From assembly GCF_009914755.1 (NCBI RefSeq), contig NC_060945.1: a stretch of 64,000 nucleotides of DNA, one strand, 5' to 3'. Under the pieces are notes generated by a model. That model had not been told where the DNA came from, made no database searches, and saw only the letters and a program-made list of their open reading frames with translations. Below are positions 1 to 17,808 of this stretch, in pieces. Made by a program: the position numbers and the translations under genes. Position 1 is the first letter of the stretch. Each line of letters starts with the position of its first letter. Origin of the DNA: the human T2T-CHM13v2.0 reference genome, Homo sapiens.

Positions 1-1262
1 GGTTATGTAACTCTTGTCCACTCTCTGCCTACAGGGGGCAGTGTGAAATATCTCTGCACTGATCACCCAGGTGATGGGACCCTTCTCTATACTCTGCCTG
101 GAGGGGATTTGTGATATATCTCTGCACTGATCACCCAGGTGATGGAAGTCTTGTCTAGGCTCTGTCTACAGGGATTTTTGTGACATATCACTGCACTTAT
201 AACCTAGGTGACGTAAGCCTTGTATGGGCTTTGCCTACAGAAGGCTTTGTGACATATCTATGCACTGATCTCTGAGGTGAGGCAACTCTTGTCTAGGCAT
301 TGCCTACAGGGGACATTGGTACATATCTCTGCTCGGATCACCCAGGTGATGGACTCTTATCTTCGATCTGCCTACATGGACATTGTGACACATCTTTGTA
401 CTGATTATCCATGTGATGAAACTCTTGTCTAGGCTCTGCCTACAGGGGCTTTGTGACACACCCCTGCACTGATCACCCTGTGGAGGGAACTCTTGTCTAC
501 TGTCTGCCTACAGGAGGCTTTATGGCTTATACCTACACTGATAACCTAGGTGATGTAACAGTTGTCTAGGCTCTGACTACATGGGAATTCTCACATATCT
601 CTGCACTGATCACCCGGGTGATGGAACTGCTGTATAGTTTCAGCCTACAGGAGCGTTTTGACATATCTCTGCACTGATCACCCAGGTGATGTAACCCTTG
701 TTTAAGCTCTATCTACAGGGGCATTGTGACAGATCTCTCCACTGCTCACCCAGGTGATGTAACACTTGTCTGGGCTTGGCCTACAGGGAGCATTGTGATG
801 TACATTGCCACTGATCAAACAGGTGATGTAACCCTTAAGGTTCTGCTTACAGGGGCTTTGTGACATATCTCTACACTGATCACCCCAGGGAGGAAACAAT
901 TGTCTACACTCTACCTACAGGAGGCTTTACGACTTATCCCTGCACTGATCACTAGGTGATGTAACACTTGTCTTGGCTCTGTCTACACGGGAATTTTCAC
1001 ATATCTCTACACTGATCACCTAAGTGATTTAACCCTTGTCTAGGTTCAGCCTACTGGGGATTTCTGACATACCTATGCACTGATCACCGAGGTGATGTAA
1101 ATCTTTTCCAGGCTTTTTGTACAGGGGACATTGTGATATATCTCTGCACTGATCACCCAAATGATGCAAATCTTCTCTAGGTTCCACAGGGAGGGGGCAT
1201 TGTGACATATTTCTGAACTGATCATCCAGGAGATGTAACTATTCTCCAGGCTTTGACTAAAG
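1..1262. repeat. Beta satellite (68-bp Sau3A/BSR) array, left block
   Basis: Tandem ~68-bp monomers of the form CTCTGCACTGATCACCCAGGTGATGTAACTCTTGTCTAGGCTCTGCCTACAGGGG..TGTGACATAT, most with a GATC site. Confidence 0.97.
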
Positions 1263-1400
1263 AGCGTCGGAATGTGCTGGGAGAGCCTCAGTCGGAATTT
1301 CATGGATGGACAAGGGCACAGAGAGGCCAGCGAGTTCCCTTGCATGTCAGCCAGGGTGCGCAATGAGCGCAGGTCTAGCCAGGAGGCTGGAAAAGAGAGC
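1170..1400 (-). other. pLAM / DUX4 exon 3-like segment with no poly(A) signal
   Basis: Minus strand reads CCTGGCTAG|ACCTGCGC...GTTACATCTCCTGGATGATCAGTTCAGAAATAT-GTCACA-ATGCCCCCTCCCTGTGG, collinear with 4qA pLAM as recalled. GTCACA (plus 1201-1206) occupies the ATTAAA position. Acceptor AG is at 1375-1376. Confidence 0.88.
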
Positions 1401-1965
1401 TAGAAGTCTGCGTTCCACAACCAGGCACTCCATGGTGGTAGCTGGCAGGCTGCAGGGTCACGGGCGTGCTGGCGACGGTGGCGGGGAGGCGCAGAGGGGG
1501 CGAGCCGCCAGAGGGGTGTCAGGCCTGGACGCAGCTCAGGCCCGGTGTTTCGCGGGATGGGTGTATCCACTCAGCCCAGGGGAGGACGCATTTTCCAGGG
1601 GAAGGCGGTGGGGGTGGGGAGGGGGTGGTCAGGCGTGGTTGTGGTGGTGGAAAGGCATGAGAGCTCTGCCCGGGCTGCTCCCACAGCCCAGGCGGCTGCC
1701 CGCAAAACCGCATGTGCGCAGTAGGCGGCCCACCTGCTGGTACCTGGGCCAGCTCTGGTATCCCCAGGATGCCCAGGAAAGAATGGCAGTTCTCCGCTTT
1801 GTGGAGTCTCTCACCGGGCCTAGACCTAGAAGGCAGGAATCCCAGGCCGGTCTGCCTGGTGGAATGGGCGTGGTGAAGACACGCCCCTCCATAGCCAGCC
1901 AGGTGTTCCCTGCAAAAGAGAGGCCACCGCCCCGCCCCGACGCGACCCCGTTCCAACCCCGTGTC

Positions 1966-3445
<1,480 letters not shown>

Positions 3446-3620
3446 GAATGTTCCCAGGGCATCGAGGCCCTGGGGTGGAGGGCGTGGTGATGGTGGGGCC
3501 GGAGAAACGAAGAGGAAGGGGGCGAGAGGGAAGGTGTGAGGGGGGCGCGTATCGGGGGCTGGCTCTCCGGACCTCTCCAGGAATCCCGCGGGAACTGGAA
3601 GCCTCTCTCTGGGCTCCCAG

Positions 3621-6600
3621 AGATTCAACTCTTCCCTAGGATCTGCCTACAGGGGCGTTTTCACATATCCCTAAACTGATGAAAAAGGTGATGTAACTCG
3701 TACCTAGGCTTTGCTTACAGGGGACATTGTGACATATCTCTGCATTGATCTCCCAGGTGATGCAACTCTTCTCTGTGCTCTGCCTACAGGGTACACTGTG
3801 ACATATCTCTGCACTGATCACCCAGGTGATGTAAATCTTTTCTAGTCTCTGCCTACAGAGGGCGTTGTGACATCACTCTGCACGGATCACCCGGGTTATG
3901 TAACTCTTGTCTAGGCTCTGCCTATGGGGGCATTGTGACATCTCTGCACTGATTACCCAGGAGAGGTGACACTTGTCTAAGCTCTGCCTAGAGGGACATT
4001 GGGACATATCTCTGCACTGATCACTGAGGTGATGTAAAACTTGTCTAGGCTTTGCCTACAGTGGGATTTATGAAATATCTCTGCACTGATCACCCAGGTG
4101 ATGTAACTCTTGTCTAGGCTCTACTTACCGGGCGTATTGTAAGATATCTCTGCACTGAAAACCCAGGAGATGAAACTCTTGTCTAGTCTCTGCCTATGGG
4201 GGCAATTTAACAAATCACTGCACTGATCACCGAGATGATGTAACTCTTGTATAGGCTTTGCCAACAGGGGGCATTGAGATATATCTCTGCACTGATCACC
4301 GAGGTGATGCAACTCTTGTCTGGGATCTGCTTACAGTGGACATTGTGACATATCTCTGCCCTGATCACCCAGGTGATGTAACTCTTGTCTAGGCTCTGCC
4401 TATTCGAGACATTGTGACATATCTCCGCACTGATCACCCAGGTGATGTCACTTTTGTAAAGATACGGCTAGAGGGATATTGTGATATGTCACTGCACTGA
4501 TCACACAGCTGATGTAACCCTTGTCTAGGCTCTGGCTACAGGGGGCTTGTGACACATCTCTGCACTTATCACCCAGGTGATGTAACCCTTCTCTAGGCTC
4601 TGCCAAAAGGGGGCATTGTGACATACATCTGCACTGATCATCCAGGTGACGGGACTCTTGTCTACGCTCTGCCTGTAGGGGCATTGTGACATATCTCTGC
4701 AGTGATCACGCAGGTGATGTAACTATTGTCTATATCTGCCTACTGGCAGCATTGTGGCATACTTCTGCACTGATCACCCAGGTGATGGACTCCTGTCTTG
4801 GATCTGCCTATGGGGGCATAGTGACATATCTCTGCACTGATCACCGAGGTGATGCAACTCTTGTCTTGGCTCTCCTTCCAGGGGGCATTGTGACATATCT
4901 CTGCCCTGATCACCCAGGTGATGTAACTCATTTCTAGGTTCCGTCTACAGGGGCTTTTTGACATATCTCTGAAGTGATCACCGAGGTGATGTAACTCTTG
5001 TCTAGGCATTGCTTACAGTGTGCATTGCAACATATCTCTGCACTGATCACTCAGGCGATGCAACTCTTCTCTAGGCTCTGCCTACAGTGTGCATTGTGAC
5101 ATATCTCTGCACTGATCTCCCCGATAATGTAACCTTTGCCTAGGCTCTGGCCACACGGCATTGTGACATATCACTGCACTGATCACCCATGTGATATAAC
5201 TCTTGTCTAGGCTCTGCCTACAGTGGCATTATGACATATCTCTGCACTGATCACCCAGGTGATATAACTCTTGTCTAGGATCTGCGTAAATAGACTTTGT
5301 GACATAAACCTGCACTGATCATCCAGGTGATGGGGCTTTTGTCTAGGCTCTGCCCACGAGGGCATTCTGACGTATTTCTGTACTGAACACCCAGGTGACG
5401 GACTCTTGTCTTGCATCTGCTTATGGGGGCATTGTGACATATCTCTGCACTGATCACCCAGGTGATGTAACTGTTGTATAAGCTCTTCCTACAGGGGAAT
5501 TGTGAGAGATGTCTTTACTGATCCCCCAAGTAATGTAACTATTGTCTAGGCTTTGCCTACAGGGGGCTTTGTGACATAACTTTGCACTGATCACCCAGGT
5601 GATGTAACTCATTTAAGCTCTGCCTACAGGGGCTTTGGGACATATCTCTGCACTTATCACTCCTGGTGAGAGAATTCTTGGCTAGGCTCTGCCTACAGGG
5701 AGCTTTGTGACATATATCTCTGCACTGATCACCTAGGTGATGTAACACTTTTATAAGCTCTGTCTACAGGGAATTTTGACAAACCTCTGCACTGATCACC
5801 TAGGTGATTTAACACTTCTCTACCCTCTGCCTACAGGAGGCAATGTGAAAAATCTCTGCACTGATCACCCAGGTGATGCAAGTCTTCTCTAAGATCTGTC
5901 TACAGTGGGTATTCTGAAATATCTCAGCACTGATCACCTAGGTGATGTAACTTTTTTCTACCCTCTGCCTACAGGGGACAATGTGAAAAATCTCTGCACT
6001 GATCACCCAGGTGATGCAAGTCTTGTCTAGGATCTGCCTAAAGGGGCATTTTAATATATCTCTGAACTGATGGCAAAGATGATGTAACTCTTGCCTAGGC
6101 TCTGCCTACAGGGGACATTGTGACATATCTCTGCACTGATCACCCAGGTGATGTAACTCTTGTCTAGGCTCTGCCTACAGGGGCATTTTAACACATCACT
6201 GCACTGATCACCGAGGTGATGCAACTCTTGTCTGGGATCTGCCCACAGAGGGCATTGTGACATATCTCTGACGTGATCACCCAGGTGATGTTACTCTTGT
6301 CTAGGCTCTGCCTAATGGAGACATTGTGATAGACATTGTGACTTATCTCTGCACTGATCACCCAGCTGATGTAACTCTTGTCTAGGCTCTGGCCACAGGG
6401 ACATAGTGACATATCTCTGCACTGATCTCTCAGGTGAGGTAACTCTTGTGTAGTCTCTGCCTACAGAGGGCTTTGTGACATCACTCTGCAATGATCACCC
6501 AGGTGATGTAACCCTTGTCTAGGCTCTGCCTACATGGACATTGTGACATGTCTCTGCACTGATCACCCAGGTGATGTAAATTTTGTCTGGGCTCTGCCCA

Positions 6601-9600
6601 CAGGTGCATTTTGACATATCTCTGCACTGGTCATGGAGATGATGTAACTCTTGTCTGGGCTTTGCTGACAGGAGGCATTGAGATATATCTCTGCACTGAT
6701 CACCGAGATGATGCAACTCTAGTCTGGGCTCTGCCTACAGGGGGATTGTGACATATCTCTGCACTGATCACCCAGGTGATGTAACTCTTGTCTAGGCTCT
6801 GCCTCAAGGGGGTATTGTGACATATCACTACACTGATCACACAGGTGATGTAACTCTTCTCTAGGCTCTGCCTACAAGGTGCTTTGTGACATCACTCTGT
6901 ATTGATCATCCCGGTGATGTAACTTTTGTCTAGGCTCTGCCTACAGGGACTTCGTGACATATCTCTGCACTGATCACCCAGGTGATGGGACTTTTGTCTA
7001 GGCTCTGCCTATGGGGGCATTGTGACATATCTCTACACTGATCACCCAGGTGATGTAACTCTTGTGTTGGGTCTGCCTATGGGGGCATTGTGACATATTT
7101 CTGCACTGATCACCCTGGTGATTGGACTCTTGCTTACGCTCTGCCTGCAGCGGCATTGTGAAATTTCTCTTTACTGATCAACCAGGTGATGTAACCCTTG
7201 TCTAGGATCTGCCTACAGGGTGCTTTGTGGCATAGCCCTGCAATGGTCACCCAGGTGATATACCACTTGTCAATGCTCTGCCTACACGGGCATTGTGATG
7301 TATCTCTGCACTGATCACCTAGGTCATGTAACTATTGTCTAGGCTCTGCTTACAGGGGGTATTTTGGCATATCTCTGCACTGATCACCTAAGTGATGTAA
7401 CACTTGAGTAGGTTCTGCCTACAGTGACATTTTGACATACCTCTTCCCTGATAAGCAAGGTGATTTAACTCTTGTCTCCGCTTTTCCCACAGAGGGATTG
7501 AGACTTATCTCTGCACTGATCCCGAGGTGATCCAAATCTTTTCTAGGCTCTGCCTACTGGGGACATTGTGACATATCTCTGTACTGATCTCCCAGGTGAT
7601 GAAACTTTTGTCTAGGCTCTGGCTACACAGCATTGTGACATATCACTGCACTTATCACCCAGGTGATATAACTCTTGTCTAGGCTCTGCCTGCAGTGGGC
7701 TTGTGACATATCTCTGCACTGCTCACCCAGGTGATGTAACTCTTGTCTAGGATCTGCCTACAGGGTGCTTTGTGACATATCCCTGCAATGATCACCCAGG
7801 TGATGTACCGCCTGTCAAGGCTCTGCCTACAGAGGCATTGTGATGTATCTCTGCACTGATCACCTAGGTCATGTAACTCTTTTCTAGACTCTGCCTACAC
7901 TGGCATTGTGTCATATCCCTGCACTGATCACCCAGGTTATGTAACTGTTGTCTAGGATCTGCCTACAGGGTGCTTTGTGACATATGCCTGCAATTATCAC
8001 CCAGGTGATGTACCACTTGTCAAGGCTCTGCCTACAGGGGGATTGTGATGTATCTCTGCACTGATCACCTGGGTCATGTAACTCTTGCCTAGGCTCTGCC
8101 TACAGTGGCATTGTGACATATCTCTGCACTGATCACCCAACTGATGTAACTGTTGTCTAGGATCTGCCTAAAGGGTCTTTGTGACATAACTCTGCCCTCA
8201 TCATCCAGGTGATGGGGCTTTTGTCTAGGCTCTGCCTACAGGGGCATTGTGACGTATTTCTGCTCTGTTCACCCAGGTGACAGACTATTGTCTTGCATCT
8301 GCCTATGGGGGCATTATGACATAGCTCTGCACTGATCACCGAGGAGATGTAACTGTTGTATAAGCTCTGCCTACTTGTGAGTTGTGAGAGATCTCTCCAC
8401 TGATCACCCAAGTGATTTAACTATTGTCTTGGCTTTTCCTGCAGTGGGCTTTGTGACATATCTGTGCACTGATCACCCAGGTGATGTAAGTCATCTAAGC
8501 TCTGCCTACAGGGGCCTTGTGACTTATCTCTGACCTGATCACTCCCGGCGTGGGAATTCTTGTCTAGGCTCTGCCTACAGGGGGCTTTGTGACACATCTC
8601 TGCACTGATCACCTAGGCAATGTAATAGTTTTATAAGCTCTGCCTACAGGGAATTTTCACAAATCTCTGCACTGATCACCTAGATGATGTACCTCTTGTC
8701 TACCCTCTGCCTACAGGGGGCATTTTGATATAGCTCTGCACTGATCACCCAGGTGATGCAACTCTTCTCTAGGATCTGCCTAAAGGGGGTATTGTGAAAC
8801 ATCTCTGCACTGATCAACTAGGTGATGTAACTCTTGTCTAGGCTCTGCCTACAGGGGCGTTTTGACATATCTCTGAACTGATGACAAATGTGATGTAAGT
8901 CTTGCCTAGGCTTTGACTACAGGGGACATCCTGACATATCTCTGCACTGATCACCCAGGTGATGCAACTATTCTCTAGGCTCTGCCTACAGGGGACTTTG
9001 TGACATATCTCTGCAATGATCAACTAGGTGATGTAACTGTTGTCCAGGCTCTGCCTATGGGGGCATTGTGACGTATCTCTGCACTGATCAATCCGGAGAT
9101 GTGACACTTTTCTAAGCTCTGCCTACAGGGGCATTGGGAGACATCTCTGCACTGATCACTGAGGTTATTTAAAACTTGTCTAGGCTTTGCCTACAGTAGG
9201 ATTTTTGACGTATCTCTGCACTGATCACCCAGTTGATGTAACTCTTGTCTAGACTTTGCCTACAGGGGGTATTTTGAGATATCTCTGCACTGATCACCGA
9301 GGTGAAGTAACTCATGTCTAGGCTCTGCCTACTGGAGACATGGTGACATATCTCTGCATTGATCACCCAGATGATGTAACTCTTGTCTAGGCTGTGGCCA
9401 CAGGGACATAGTGACATATATCTGTGCTGATCACTTATGTGATGTAACTCTTGACTAATCTTTGCCTACAGAGGGCGTTGTGACATATCTCTGCACTGAT
9501 CTCTCAGGTGAGGTAACTCTTGTCTAGTCTCTACCTACAGAGGTCGTTGTGAAATCACTCTGCAATGATCACCCAGGTGATGTAGCACTTGTCTAGGCTC

Positions 9601-10840
9601 TGCCTACATGGACATTGTGACATGTCTCAGCACTGATCACCCAGGTGATGTAAATTTTGTCTAGGCTCTGCTCACAGGAGCATTTTGACATATCTCTGCA
9701 CTGATCACTGAGATGATGTAACTCTTCTCTGGGCTTTGCCTACAGGAGGCATTGAGACATACCTCTGCACTGATCACCGAGGTGATGCAACTCTTGTCTG
9801 GGCTCTGCCTGCAGGGGGCATTGTGACATATCTCTGCCCTGATCACCCAGGTGATGTAACTCTTGTCTGGGCTCTGCCTACATGGGGTATTGTGACATAT
9901 CTCTGCACTGATCTCCTAGGTGATGTAACTCTTTTGTAGGGTCTGCCTACAGGTTCGTTTTGATATGTCTCTGAAGTGATCACAGAGGTGATGTAACTCT
10001 TTTCTAGGCTATGCCAACAGAGGGTATTGTAACATATCTCTGCAATGATCACACAGGTGATTTAACCCTTTTCTAGCCTCTGTCTACAGGGAAATTGTGA
10101 CATATCACTGCACTGATCACCCAGGTGATGTAACTCTTCTCTAGTCTGTACTTTCAGGGGGCTTTGTGGCATACCTCTGCACTGATCTACTAGGTGATGT
10201 AATTCTTTTCTAGGCTTTTCCCAGAGGGGGCATTGTTACATTTCTCTGCACTGATCACCCAGGTAATGCAACTCTTTTCTACGCTCTACCTACAATGGCA
10301 TTGTGACATGTCACTACACTGATCACACAGGTGATGGGACTCTTGTCTACGCTCTGCCTACAGGGGTCTTTGTGACATATCTCTGCACTGATCACTCAGG
10401 TGATGGAACTATTTTCTATACTCTGCCTAGAGGTGGATTCATGACATATCTCTGCACTGATAACCTAGGTGATGGAATTCTTGTCTAGCCTCTGTCTATG
10501 GGGTCATTGTGTCAAACATCTGCACTGATCACTCAGGTGATGTAACTCTTGTCTAGGCTCTGTCTACAGGGATTTTTGTGACATATCACTGCACTGATCA
10601 CCTAGATGATGTAACTCTTGTCTAGGCTCTGCCTACAGAGGAATTTTGACCTATCACTGCACTGATTACCCAGGTGATGTAACTTTTGTCTAGGCTCTGC
10701 CTATAGGGGGAATACTGACATATCTCTGCACTGATCACTCAGGTGATGTAACTATTGTCTAGGCTCTGCTTAAAGGGGCCTTGTCACATACCTCTACACT
10801 GATCACCCAGGTGATGTAACTCTTGTCTAGGCTCTGCTTA
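3621..10840. repeat. Beta satellite array, right block (~105 monomers)
   Basis: Same 68-bp monomers in the same orientation as the left block. Confidence 0.97.
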
Positions 10841-14140
<3,300 letters not shown>

Positions 14141-14143
<3 letters not shown>

Positions 14144-15562
14144 AACTGTGTGAACAAGGAATTCTTTGTCACATCTGTGCTTTGGTCAGTAATAGACCAG
14201 CAAGCAATTCATTCAGTCATTGTGGGTGTGGATCCAGGAGGACTTCCTGCGTCCATGGAAGGGATCATCCCTGCAGGCATCCCATTGACTCACAACCTCC
14301 CGACAGTGGCACATACTTCCCAAGCGCCCTCTCCCAACCAGCCCACAATCACGGGGACAATCGAGAGCACCCCAACGAGAAATAGTAGAGAATGCCGGAA
14401 GGTAATCATTTTGATACACTTGGGAACAAGGACAGTGAAAAATAGATGTACTAAGAGAAAAAGAATCTGACGCTCTTTTTAGCTGATTCTGGACATATGC
14501 ATCATTGATGTTGCAGTGTAAAAACTACAAGAGTTAGAAAGCTGAAGATGTCGTCTGTTTACGGAAGCTCTGAAAGACTAGGGTGTGATTTATTAATGAC
14601 CAGCTTCCGTTATTGTGTGTTAAGTTTTTGATATGTGCGTCAATTCACAAAGAATAAATAGTCCTTTTTCCTTTATCAGTACCTGGGGCACAGCAGGTCA
14701 GTAACACCCTGCTCAGAATGTTGCATCAAGACTTCAAACATCAAAATAAAAGCCATGAGGAGGAAATCCCCATTTTGTCACTTGAGTCCCTTCAGTCTAC
14801 AGGGACTGGTTACAGCTTTTTGCTAAAAGGAAGATCACATTACTAGAAAATGTGGAGTAAACTGTTTGCCTGTGGTAGACACCTGCACGCGTAGGATTGA
14901 AGACAGTACCGGCTCCTGTACAGAGAAGCGTCTCTCACATCTGAACTGCATGCTGAGTGGGCAAGTTGGTTGTAAGTTCAGTAAAAGCCTCCGATAATGC
15001 AAAAAAAAAACAGTATTAAGTTTCACAAGCTGTTTGTAATCAAAAATATTTTCTCAGTTTCAGATGCTCTGCTATTTTATTGAGTGGAAAGTCTTGCACT
15101 AAAAAGATTCAAGAAAAATAACGTTGCTTTTCCTTATGTCACAGGAAACACTTTTAATGGTAACTTGTCAGATTGTCTATGAACAAATGCACTTTTTAAG
15201 ACACTGATGAAGTCTTCTTTTATTCACATTGTATTTTATACAAGAACACTTCAGATGTATTGGATGTGACTGATTTTAACAAATCCTATTTGATTTGCAT
15301 CGATTGGTTACATGTTCTGTTCATAGTCTTTTGTGAATCATTGCCTTTTTGTTTAAAAAGATGGCCTATTTTGATCTTTTGATTAGGTACATTCCTGTTT
15401 TTGTGACAAAAGAAAAACTTTAAAATTGTCACAAACAGAAAAATAATGGCTATCAGAAGTATACTTTGTTTTAGTGCGAGTTACCGTTACTGTAGTTGTT
15501 TATTGTAAAGATGGACATTTAGCATTCAGTGCAGTTTTCAATAAAATGTAATTAGGAAAAAA
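14141..15562 (+). pseudogene. CTBP2P: CTBP2 processed pseudogene, 3' portion (C-terminal coding sequence, 3'UTR, poly(A) remnant)
   Basis: RNCVNKEFFVTSVLWSVIDQQAIH..IVGVDPGGLPASMEGIIPAGIPLTHNLPTVAHTSQAPSPNQPT, frameshift, then HGDNREHPNEK* matches the CtBP2 C terminus. Intronless, followed by ~1.15 kb of UTR-like sequence, AATAAA and an A run. Confidence 0.93.
15540..15545 (+). terminator. AATAAA poly(A) signal of the CTBP2 retrocopy
   Basis: AATAAA 11 nt upstream of an A6 run at 15557-15562. Confidence 0.75.
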
Positions 15563-16460
15563 CTGCTTAATTAACAAAAACAGAGCATAGACAACAAAAT
15601 AATATTAGAAGTGATACATAAAGAAAACGAGATATCAACAAAATGATTTTTAGAAACCAACAAAAACTGTGTATCTGAATAACACGATAACTATATTAAA
15701 ATTTCAATCAACGGTCACAAAAGCAGACTAATAAAGCAGAAAAAATCATACAACTGATGTCACTGTAGTTATAAATACTGAGTCATGAAAACAAATTATT
15801 TAAACAGAATAGAGAAAAAAATATGGGACGTACTGCACACCATCAAGTAGACCATCGTATTTATAAAAGGAGTCTTAGAAAAACAATACAGCAGAAAAGT
15901 AATAAAGAGATTATTTTTAAAAAGTAGCTGAGAAATCCCCAGATGACAAGGTAATTAAACAAGAAGATATACTGCCAAACAAAAACCTTCAACTGGAATA
16001 ATTTCACTTCAGAAATAAAAAAAATAAGCCTTTCCAAAATAAATAAAAGTGGAGTGTGTTACTAACCACTAGATCAATCCTAAAGGAAATGTAAAACAAA
16101 GTCTCTCAAGTCCAAAAATGAAATGATGCTGCACAGCATCATAACAGCATATGAAAATAGAAAGTGCTATATTAAAGGTAAATATATAAACAGGTATAGA
16201 AATCTCTATCTACTGTCATAATGATGGTGCACAAAATTTTCAAAATATTGCTATGGAGTTTAAAAAATGAAGCACAAATCTGCATAAATGTGTGTTCATA
16301 GATACTCAATAACAGATAATATGTGATATTAATAACACAGTGGGGGTATGAAAAGGTACAACTTTGCGTTCAGTTGAAATATGGTTGTTATATATTGTCA
16401 TAACTGTAAGATGATTTATGAAGTCTTTATTTCTCAAGATGATTACCAAAAAAACCTGTA
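15563..16460 (+). mobile_element. Old L1M fragment (ORF1/inter-ORF-like)
   Basis: A-rich degenerate L1 sequence, e.g. CCTAAAGGAAATGTAAAACAAAGTCTCTCAAG. Confidence 0.55.
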
Positions 16461-16462
16461 GA

Positions 16463-16801
16463 CCTCTGGTCATCCTCCCACTGCTACACTCCCACTAGCG
16501 CCACCACAGTTTACAAATGCCATGGCAATATCAGAAATTTACCCTACATGGTCTTAAGAAAAAAAAAAAGGAGGCACGAATAATCCACCCCTTGTTTAGG
16601 ATATTATCTAGAAATAACCATAAGAATGGGTAACCAGCAGCCCTCGGGCTGCTCTGTCTATAGAGTAGCCGTTCTTTTATTCTTCTACTTTCTTAATAAA
16701 CTTGCTATCACTTTACTCTATGGACTCACCCTGAATTCTTTCTTGCACCAGATCCAATAACCCTCTCTTGGAGTCTAGATCAGGATTCCTTTCCTATAAC
16801 A
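16463..16801 (+). mobile_element. MER41-like ERV1 LTR, 3' half
   Basis: CTGCTACACTCCCAC...ACAAATGCCATGGCAA...CTTAATAAACTTGC...TAACA end, resembling MER41A/B. Confidence 0.8.
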
Positions 16802-16983
16802 GAAGGATGGGAAACAACTGGAACCTTCATCAACAGCTGGCAGAGTGTAAACTGATACAGCCACTGCAAAATTTTTAGCAGTATCTCCTAAAACTGTACG
16901 TACACTCTATAAAACACTTGCACTCCCAGATACAGATCAAATTAAAGTACACACGTGTGCACCAAAAGTACAAGAAATTTCAG

Positions 16984-17292
16984 GGCCGGACACAGTGGCT
17001 CATGCCTGTAATTCCAGCACTTTGGGAGGCCGAGGCAGGCAGATCACCTGAGGTCAGGAGTTCGAGACCAGCCCGGCCAATATGGCAATACCCCGTCTCT
17101 ACTAAAAAAATAATTAGCCAGACGTGGTGGTGGGCACTGTAATCCCAGCTTCTTGGGAGGCTCAGGCAGGGAGAATTGCTTGAACCCAGGAGGTGGAGGT
17201 TGCAGTGAGCTGAGATTGTGCCATTGCACTCCAGCCTGGGCGACAAGAGCAAGACTCTATCTCCAAAAAAAAAAAAGAAAGAAAGAAAGAAA
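16984..17292 (+). mobile_element. AluS (Sq/Sx-like)
   Basis: Full dimeric Alu with A/GAAA tail. Confidence 0.92.
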
Positions 17293-17574
17293 GTTTATAA
17301 TGGCATTACTCATAATGGACCCAAGCTTGGAAGAACTTAATGTCAGCCAAGAGCAGAACAGATAAACATATTGTGCAATATTAGTAAAGCTGAATGCACA
17401 CAACAATAAACAAACCACAGCCATGTGCAACACCATGGATAGAGCTCACAAGCCTAAAGCTGAGAAAAGAAGCCAAAAGAAAAGATCCCATTTATAAAGC
17501 GAATAATAGGAAAACTAATCTATAGTGTAAAAAGTCAGAATAGGAGATAACTTTTGCTTGAGCCCAGTAGATTG

Positions 17575-17808
17575 AGCTGGGTGTGGCATGTGTGCCTCCT
17601 GTCCCAGCTACTCAGGAGGCTAAGGTGGGAGGATCGCTTGAGTCAGGGAGATTGAGGCTGCAGTGAGCCATGATCATGCCACTGCACTCCAGCTGGGGTG
17701 ACAGAGCAAGACTCTGTCTCAAAAGACAAGATGGTCATTTTAGGCCAGGCGTGGTGGCTCATGCCTGTAATCCCAGCACTTTGGGACGCCAAGGCGGGCA
17801 GATCACCC
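17575..17808 (+). mobile_element. AluJ right arm/FRAM plus a short Alu 5' fragment
   Basis: GGAGGCTAAGGTGGGAGGATCGCTTGAG...CTGTCTCAAAA, then GGCCAGGCGTGGTGGCTCA. Confidence 0.8.
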
